Source of the DNA: Octopus sinensis
Taxonomy: Eukaryota
NCBI RefSeq assembly: GCF_006345805.1
Contig: NW_021829397.1
Span: 1-6,305, forward strand
Reading direction: 5' to 3'
DNA length: 6,305 nt
The notes under the pieces were generated by a model. That model saw nothing but the letters and a program-made list of their open reading frames with translations, did no database searches and was not told where the DNA came from. Made by a program: the position numbers and the translations under genes. Below are positions 1 to 6,063 of the stretch, one piece after another (the stretch's first letter is position 1; each line of letters starts with the position of its first letter).

Positions 1-636
1 TAAATCATATTATCTCTGGCTGCCCAGTCCTGGCTAAGAAGGTATATATTCACAGACACGACAGAGTTGGGACCTACATACACTGGAAGCTATGCCAACA
101 GTATGAAATAACAACAGAAAAAAGATGGTATAGGCACACACCAGAAAAGGTCACAGAAAACGAGAAAGCAACCATGCTCTGTGATATGCCAATACACACG
201 GATATAGAAATTAAGGCCAATAGACCATATATATTTGTCAGAGATCATGAAGAAATAAATGCTTTCTAATTGATGTATCAATACCAGCATATGACAACGT
301 GTCTCTAAAAGAAATGGAGAAACTTTCAAATTACAAACACCTGGAAATAGAGGTAACTAGCACGTGGAATCTAAAAACAGAAACAATTCTTTTCATAGTA
401 GGTGCATTAGGCATGATTAAAATAATATTCAGACAAATACATAACAAAAATACCAGGACTTTCAAACACATATACCATACAGAAAATTGCATTACCAGGC
501 ACTGCACACATCCTACGCAGAACACTTTCAATAGAGTAACCATCAGAGCACCACAACAAATCACAACACATACCCAAGGCACACAGAGCTGCACTCGGTA
601 GTGAAGTGAAAGCACGCTATAAAAATGAAACTACTG
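1..636 (+). mobile_element. 3' end of an RLE-type non-LTR retrotransposon (R4/Dong-like), copy A; continues upstream of the window
   Basis: Frame from nt 3 reads NHIISGCPVLAKKVYIHRHDRV...KANRPYIFV, then after a frameshift LIDVSIP...EMEKLSNYKHLE...IVGALG...QKIALPGTAHILRRTLSIE*(537-539). This is the end of the CCHC knuckle, the RHD motif and the PD..D..K-type RLE domain. A ~97-nt 3'UTR ends ...AAACTACTG and is followed directly by (AAT)n. Roughly 90% identical by eye to the reverse complement of 3346-3984. Confidence 0.92.
3..539 (+). pseudogene. Frameshifted C-terminal fragment (zinc knuckle end + RLE endonuclease) of the retrotransposon ORF, copy A
   Basis: HIISGC, RHD, RPY (RPD in copy C, so the catalytic Asp is mutated), IDVSIP, EK..NY. 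Frameshifts near 260 and 420. ORF-track 299..601 covers part of it. Confidence 0.88.
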
Positions 637-641
637 AATAT

Positions 642-692
<51 letters not shown>
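637..692 (+). repeat. (AAT)n microsatellite: 3' tail/target of LINE copy A and also the (ATT)n tail of SINE1
   Basis: Near-perfect AAT repeats between CTACTG (636) and GCCTTCTA (693). Confidence 0.97.
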
Positions 693-693
<1 letters not shown>

Positions 694-894
694 CCTTCTA
701 CTGGAAACAAAAACTCTGACTTGGTGGAAGGGATTACATCGGCCCTAGTGCGTAATGGTTAGTTATTTAATCGACCCCGAAAGGATAAATGGCAAAGTCC
801 ACTTTGGTGGAATTTGAACTCAAAACGTAGCAGCAGACAAAATACCACTAAGCATTTCCCCCTGTTGTGTTAAGGATTCTGCCAATTCAACGAC
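693..894 (-). mobile_element. tRNA-derived SINE, copy 1 (octopus-type SINE family, diverged)
   Basis: Minus strand: Pol III A-box-like TGGCAGAATCC (874-884), B-box GAGTTCAAATTCC (809-821), core GACTTTGCCATTTATCCTTTCGGGGTCGAT, ending ...TAGAAGGC then (ATT)n. Homologous to 1084-1277 and 6064-6289. Confidence 0.88.
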
Positions 895-902
895 TTAATT
901 AG

Positions 903-991
903 AATAATGGTAATAATAATATAATAATAATAATCATAGTAATATTAGTAGTAGTAGTAGCAGCAGCAGCAGCAGAAGTAGTAGTAGTAGC

Positions 992-1034
<43 letters not shown>

Positions 1035-1082
1035 TAATTTAGAAGAAGACGAAGAAGAAGGAGAAAAAGAAGACGAAGAAAA
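903..1082. repeat. Compound trinucleotide microsatellite (AAT)n-(TAG)n-(CAG)5-(TAG)n-(GAA)n; 3' tail region of SINE2
   Basis: AAT-like 903-945, TAG 946-960, CAG x5 961-975, TAG 979-1032 with one CAG, degenerate GAA 1041-1081. Confidence 0.95.
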
Positions 1083-1083
1083 A

Positions 1084-1277
1084 TCCGTTTTACTATAGGC
1101 ACAAGTTCTGTAATGTGGGAGGGGGACCAGTCGATTAGATCTAGCCCAGTACACAACTGGTATTTAATTTATCGACCCCGAAAGCCCGATAAGACGAAAG
1201 GCAAAGTCGACCTCGGCGGAATTTGAACTCAGAAGACTATGACGGACAAATACCCAGCGTGTTAACGATTCTAGCAG
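1084..1277 (-). mobile_element. tRNA-derived SINE, copy 2 (5' ~9 nt missing, internal ~15-nt deletion, ~9-nt duplication)
   Basis: B-box GAGTTCAAATTCC (1218-1230), degenerate A-box TGCTAGAATCG (1266-1276), core GAGGTCGACTTTGCCTTTC...CTTTCGGGGTCGATAAATTAAATACCAGTT. Aligns with SINE1 and SINE3. Confidence 0.9.
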
Positions 1278-1278
1278 A

Positions 1279-1315
<37 letters not shown>
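1279..1315. repeat. (ATT)n microsatellite, which is the (TAA)n 3' tail of LINE copy B
   Basis: Perfect ATT repeats directly adjoining the B 3' end (CCTTTGCAC at 1316). Confidence 0.97.
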
Positions 1316-1317
<2 letters not shown>

Positions 1318-3252
1318 TTTGCACAACTTCTAACGCTGGGGATGTACTACGTTGTCAGCTGTTCACTCCCAGTGAACTAATGTACCACCTCTTCCAGAGT
1401 ATTCGAGCGGTTCCCAGCAGTGTTGTTTTCTGCAAGTGCTCCACCCTTATTGCATCCCCTATTTATTCCATGTACTTCTCGAGGTTTTTGCTCACTGTTC
1501 CTAGGGCTCTGACAATTATTGGTACTACTGCTACTTTTTTCATCGACCATAACTGCTTAACTTCCCGAGCTGCCTTGTCATATCTATCGAATTTTCTCTC
1601 TTCTTTATCGCATACCTTGCTGTCAACTGGACATGCTATATCTATGATCCAGCATAGTTTGTTTTCTTTCTCAATTAAGACTATGTCTGGCTTCCTATTC
1701 TCTATCTCATCGTCGCACTGAATCATGAAAATCCATAGGATCTTTGCATCTTTATTTTCGATGATGCCTTCGGGTTTGTAGTCGTATCAGTTTTTTGCTT
1801 TAAGTTCCTACTTGTTGCAAATTGTCCAGTGGACAAGTCTGGCTATATTGTCGTGGTGTCTGTTATATTCCTTCTGGGCTAGTGGCGTACACTGGCTGGT
1901 AATATGCCATACACTTTCACCATTATGTCCACAGCCATCTTTTTTCTCTGTCTGTCTTATCTTTAACATCCCTATGAAATTGACCATGCATTTTTTTCTT
2001 TACCCTTCTATTTTCCGTTTCCTTCCTTTTCCTTTCCTTGTACAGTGTTTTATCTTTGCCATATTTCATCCTACACATGCCTGACTTTACGTCAAACAAT
2101 AGCGGTTCTGTGACATTTTGACATACCATGCTATGTTTTTCTTCTGCTCTAATGCTGTGTTTGCATCCAATAAGTCCTTTTCCCCCATTTTTCTTTGGTA
2201 CACACAATCTGTTTCTGTCAATTTTGGGGTGGAGTGTCCCATGTCTAGTGAGCAAATTCTTTATCTTTCTGTCTGAGATATTTAGCTCTTCTACTGTCCA
2301 TCCATTCACTCCTGTTCCATATCTAAGCAGTGAAACGGCCTGAGTGTTGATAGCTTATTCCGGCCGTATAATTTCGACTTAAGGATCAGTCTAAGTCTGC
2401 TCAAATACTCCACTTTAAATGTTTGTGTCATTTTCTTCTCCATCAATTTATTCATTTCCAAAATACCCAAGTAATTATAGCTAGTATCTTCTATCTGCTT
2501 CATAATCTTCATTGACGGTATCGTTAGTCCGTCCATACATTTAAATTTGCCTGTCTTCAAGACTAACGCAACACACTTTCTCAGTCCGAACTTCATTCTT
2601 ATATCAGCACTGAAAGTATACACCGTATCAACGAGGGAACTGACCTGGGCTTCATCTTTACCATAAAGTTTGACGCCATCAATAAATAACTCTTTGTTGG
2701 CGGCTTTTGAATACATAATCTGCTTTTGCTTTCCTCAGAATCAGTGTTAATGGTATTGATCACAGAACAAAGGTCAGTGGGGACAGGCAGTCCCCTTGGA
2801 AGTTACTCCTCCTAATTTCTACTGTCCCTAAACCACTTCTGTATGCTGTCAGGTCCGTCCTCCAATTCGCCATACTTTTTCCAAGCAGTTGCTCAACATT
2901 TGATGCAATACCAAATAGGTTCATACATTCCATAATCCAAGAATGTGGGATCATCCCGTACGTCTCACGATAGTCGATCCATGACATGGATAACTTAGTT
3001 TTCCTTCTCTTGCAGTCTCTAAGTACAGTTTTGCCTATCAGGATTTGATCCTTGGTACATCTGCACTTACGCTTGCAACGCTTCTGTTCATGTGACAGGA
3101 CTCCATTTTTTCCAGATGTTCATACATTGACTCTGCGAGTATTCCAGTCAATAACTTCCAGGTAAGTTGCAAACAGGATATCGGCCTCTAATTGTCTTTT
3201 TTCGATGATTTTCAAGCACAGAACAGTCCTACCCATGACAACCTCACTGGTG
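1316..3252 (-). mobile_element. 5'-truncated, decayed RLE-type non-LTR retrotransposon (R4/Dong-like), copy B; a different family from A/C
   Basis: Minus-strand frames give [58 protein letters not shown] (degenerate F/YxDD, 2675-2686)..MKFGLRKC..YNYLG..GGKGL..MHGQF..CGHNGESVWHITSQC..RHHD..KPDIV..IIDIACP..EERKFDRY..LQKTTLLGTARIL. Short 3'UTR; (TAA)n on both sides. Confidence 0.93.
1390..3252 (-). pseudogene. Disrupted RT-CCHC-RLE ORF of copy B
   Basis: ORF-track pieces 2760..2987, 2306..2716, 1923..2309 and 1463..1726 are consecutive parts of one RT-RLE protein broken by stops, frameshifts and deletions. The catalytic motif reads FIDG. The 3' end coordinate is approximate. Confidence 0.9.
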
Positions 3253-3264
3253 TTATTATTGTTA

Positions 3265-3296
<32 letters not shown>

Positions 3297-3345
3297 TATT
3301 ATTTTATTATATTATTATTATATTATTATTATTATTATTATTATT
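3253..3345. repeat. Interrupted (ATT)n microsatellite: 3' tail of LINE C and 5' flank of LINE B
   Basis: ATT repeats with occasional 1-nt slips between GGTG (3252) and CAGTAG (3346). Confidence 0.96.
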
Positions 3346-5904
3346 CAGTAGTTTTATTTTTTATAGCGTGCTTTCACTTCACTACCGAGCGCAGCTCTGT
3401 GTGCCTTGGGTATGTGTTGTGATTTGTTGTGATGCTCTGATGGTTATTGTATGGAAGGTGTTCTGCGTAGGATTGTGCAGTGCCTAGTAGTGCAATTTTC
3501 TGTATGTTATATGTGTTTGTAAGTCCTGGTTTTTTATTATGTATTTGTCTGAATATTTTTTTATCATGCCTAATGCACCTACTATGATAGGAATTGTTTC
3601 TGTTTTGAGATTCCACATTCTAGTTACCTCTATTTCCAGGTCTTTGTATTTTGAGAGTTTTCTTCTCATTTCTTTTAGAGACACGTTGTCATCAGCCGGT
3701 ATGATACATCAATTAGAAAAATTTTTTTTCTTCATGGTCTCTGACAACTATATCTGGTCTGTTGGCCTTAATTTCTCTATCTGTGTGTGTATCGGCATAT
3801 CCCAGAGTATGGTTGGTTACTCATTTTCTGTGACCTTTTCTGGTGTGTGCCTATAACCACCTCTTTTTCTGTTGTTATTCCATAATGTTGGCATAGCTTC
3901 CATGTATGTAGGTTCCAACTCTGTCATGTCTGTGAATATATTCCTTCTTAGCCAGGACTGGGCAGCTAGAGATAATATGATTTATTGTTTCTTGTCCATC
4001 TCCACATATTCTGCAGTTACTTGTAATATTTCTTTTCATTACATGTTTTTGGTAATTTCTGGTGGGGTGGCTTTGGTCTTGTGCTGCAATTAAAAATCCT
4101 CTGTTTCTCTGCTTTGAGTCCTGAGCTTCTCAACCATTGCTGGGATTTTTCTTTGTCTTCTTTTGCGTTTAGTTTAGTCAAGTATTTACCATGAAGGGGC
4201 TTTTCTTGCCATCGTTTTATCATGGTTCGTTGCTGTTCTATTTTTTAGTTGGATTTCATTTGTTTTATAGCTTTTGTTGTTTTTTCATTCTTTCTTCTTC
4301 ATCTTCTATTCATGTTATTAGTGGTATGATTTCTTGTTTGTATTGTCAGCTTCCGTAAATACTGAGAACAGATAGAGGTTTTGCTCGTGTTTTGCCGCTA
4401 TCTGGATCAGTTTTCCTTCCTTCTGAAGTAGATATTTTTGCAGTCCTATGGTGGTTATTTTATAGTAGTTTCCAGCTGTATAGGGCCTCTACCACCTTCT
4501 ATACGTTGTATATATAGTCTTTCTATGTCAGATTTTGGGTGATGCATCCTAGATCCTGTCATTATTTTTCTTGTTTTCCTATCTATTTTGGTCAGTTCAT
4601 TTCGTGTCCAGTTAAGGATATTGTAGCTGTAACTTACAACTGGGACAGCTAAAGTGTTGATACTATCTTACTGTTTTTATTATTCTTGTTGAGATCTCTT
4701 TGTATTATTGAGCTCTTGTTATTGATCTAATCGTCTATAATATTCTTTTTTTTATTTTCTCTCTTCATTTGGTGTGTTGTGTCTTATCTAGTTCATGGAT
4801 TTCTAAGTATTTGTAAGTTTGGCTTTGGTCTAATTTTTTATTTCATTGGTTTTTACTAGTGTGATGTTGTTACTCTTAACTAGTTTTCCTCTTTTCATGG
4901 TTACTTTGGCGCATTTTTCTAATCCAAATTTCATATCTATTTCTTTGGTAAATCCATGAACTGTCTTTAATAGTGTTTCCAGCTGTTTGCCATTGCAGCG
5001 TATAGTTTATGTCATCCATATATAAAAGGTGGCTGATCGTTTTGCCGTAACATTTATATCCGCATCCAGTTCTATTTAGCATATCAGATAGAGGTGACAG
5101 TGCCAAAGAAAGGAGTGGAGAGAGCGTGTCTCCCTGGAATATTCCTCTTCTAATGGGGATTTCTTTGGTTTTCATGAGTCCCTCTTTTGTTTGGAGGTGT
5201 AGGACTGTTTGCCATTTATTCATAGAGTGCTCTATGAATTTTATGATTGTTGGTGCTACTTTGTTAATGGCTAGTGTTTCGAGGATCCATGTGTGGGGGA
5301 TGCTATCAAACGCCTTTTTGTAGTCAATCAGGCCATACTGAGGCCTTTCTTCTTCTTTCTGTGGCTGTCCTCAGTTATGGCTTTATTAATCATTAGTTGA
5401 TCTTTACACGCCATATGAGCCTTTGCGGCATCCTTTCTGCTCTTCTGGGAACAGTTTGTTTTCGTCCAGGTGCTTGTTCAGCCTTTGTGATATCACTGCA
5501 GTAAATGCCTTGAACATAGTAGGGAGGCAGGTTATTGGTCTGTAGTTTTTGGGTTTTTCTGCTTCATTTGATTTGGGAATTAAGATGGTTTTCCCCCTTC
5601 GTGAGCCATTCAGGCATTGTCTCTGGCTCTGCTAGTACGTTTGTAAAGTTTTACAGCCAGCTTTTTTGGCATTCCTGTTAGATATTTCAATTTCAACCAG
5701 AAGTTGGGGATCTTGTCATGCCCAGGTGCCTTCCAGTTGCTTAGTCTTTGCAGTGCCTGGGTGACCTCTTCAGTTGTTATGGGGGTCCAAAGTTGTTCAG
5801 ATGCCGAGTTTGTTATTTTTTTTTTTGTGTTCGTTCGCCGACCATATTTCTCTCCAGAATTCTTCCAATCTTCTATTCTTGCCGTTGGTGCTGCAGTGAC
5901 TTCT
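3346..5904 (-). mobile_element. 5'-truncated RLE-type non-LTR retrotransposon (R4/Dong-like), copy C; same family as copy A
   Basis: EEFWREIW..NWKAPGHDKIPNFWLK..GKTILIPK..NYRPITCL..EQKGC..IDYKKAFDSIPH..GIFQGDTLSPLL (QGD 5128-5136)..HLLYMDD (YMDD 5011-5022)..MKFGLEKC..YKYL..HGKY..AAQDQ..CRICGDGQETINHIISSC (CX2CX8HX4C, 3962-4015)..RHD..RPDIVV (RPD 3752-3760)..LIDVS..KLSKYKDLE. Stop at 3444-3446; 3'UTR ends ACTACTG+(AAT)n; (TAA)n on both flanks. Confidence 0.95.
3444..5904 (-). pseudogene. Frameshifted RT-CCHC-RLE ORF of copy C (N-terminus lost by 5' truncation)
   Basis: ORF-track 4876..5223, 4017..4223, 3484..3684 and part of 5797..6009 are fragments. Many 1-nt indels, but the hallmark motifs are retained. 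Confidence 0.9.
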
Positions 5905-5918
5905 ATTTATTATTATTA

Positions 5919-5990
<72 letters not shown>

Positions 5991-6031
5991 CATCATCAAT
6001 CATCATCACTATTATATTATTATTTTATTAT

Positions 6032-6062
<31 letters not shown>
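5905..6062. repeat. (ATT)n microsatellite with an (ATC)n variant patch; 5' flank of both LINE C and SINE3
   Basis: ATT repeats with ATC units at about 5989-6007 and several 1-nt slips. Confidence 0.96.
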
Positions 6063-6063
6063 A

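Noticed and set aside
899-1156. ORFs with poly-Thr/Ala/Tyr/Cys/Ser runs (899..1156, 945..1154)
   Set aside because: Translations of stop-free trinucleotide microsatellite plus SINE sequence; no coding evidence.
1316-1330. Faint similarity between the B 3' end (TTGTGCAAAGG) and SINE 3' ends (TTGTG...AAAGG), suggesting a LINE-SINE partner pair
   Set aside because: Only two 5-nt words with different spacing, and the tail polarity is opposite (TAA vs ATT); insufficient without a consensus alignment.
3689-3695. CTGATGA on the minus strand resembling a hammerhead ribozyme core
   Set aside because: Lies in RLE coding sequence (ADD codons), has no stem II before a GAAA, and is not conserved in copy A.
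1-3984. A and C as terminal inverted repeats of a DNA or foldback transposon, or as LTRs
   Set aside because: Each is a LINE 3' end with its own TAA tail, C continues into RT, and no transposase, integrase or TSD is visible.
90-5323. Hydrophobic antisense ORFs (90..329, 331..615, 1380..1721, 1812..2084, 2128..2343, 3539..3856, 3872..4093, 5126..5323)
   Set aside because: T-rich shadows of the A-rich retrotransposon coding strand, with no independent motifs.
1-5904. RT next to a pair of similar repeats suggesting a DGR, retron or group II intron system
   Set aside because: The RT is followed by a CCHC knuckle and RLE and ends in a simple-repeat tail, which is eukaryotic non-LTR architecture. 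A/C differences are not adenine-specific and the context is not prokaryotic.
637-6062. Telomere-type retrotransposon array or CRISPR-like repeat-spacer array
   Set aside because: The repeats are AAT microsatellites, not TTAGGG/TTAGG; element orientation is mixed; there is no constant repeat with regular spacers.
1279-6062. Target-site duplications of B and C
   Set aside because: Both flanks are the same microsatellite, so TSD length cannot be resolved from this sequence.
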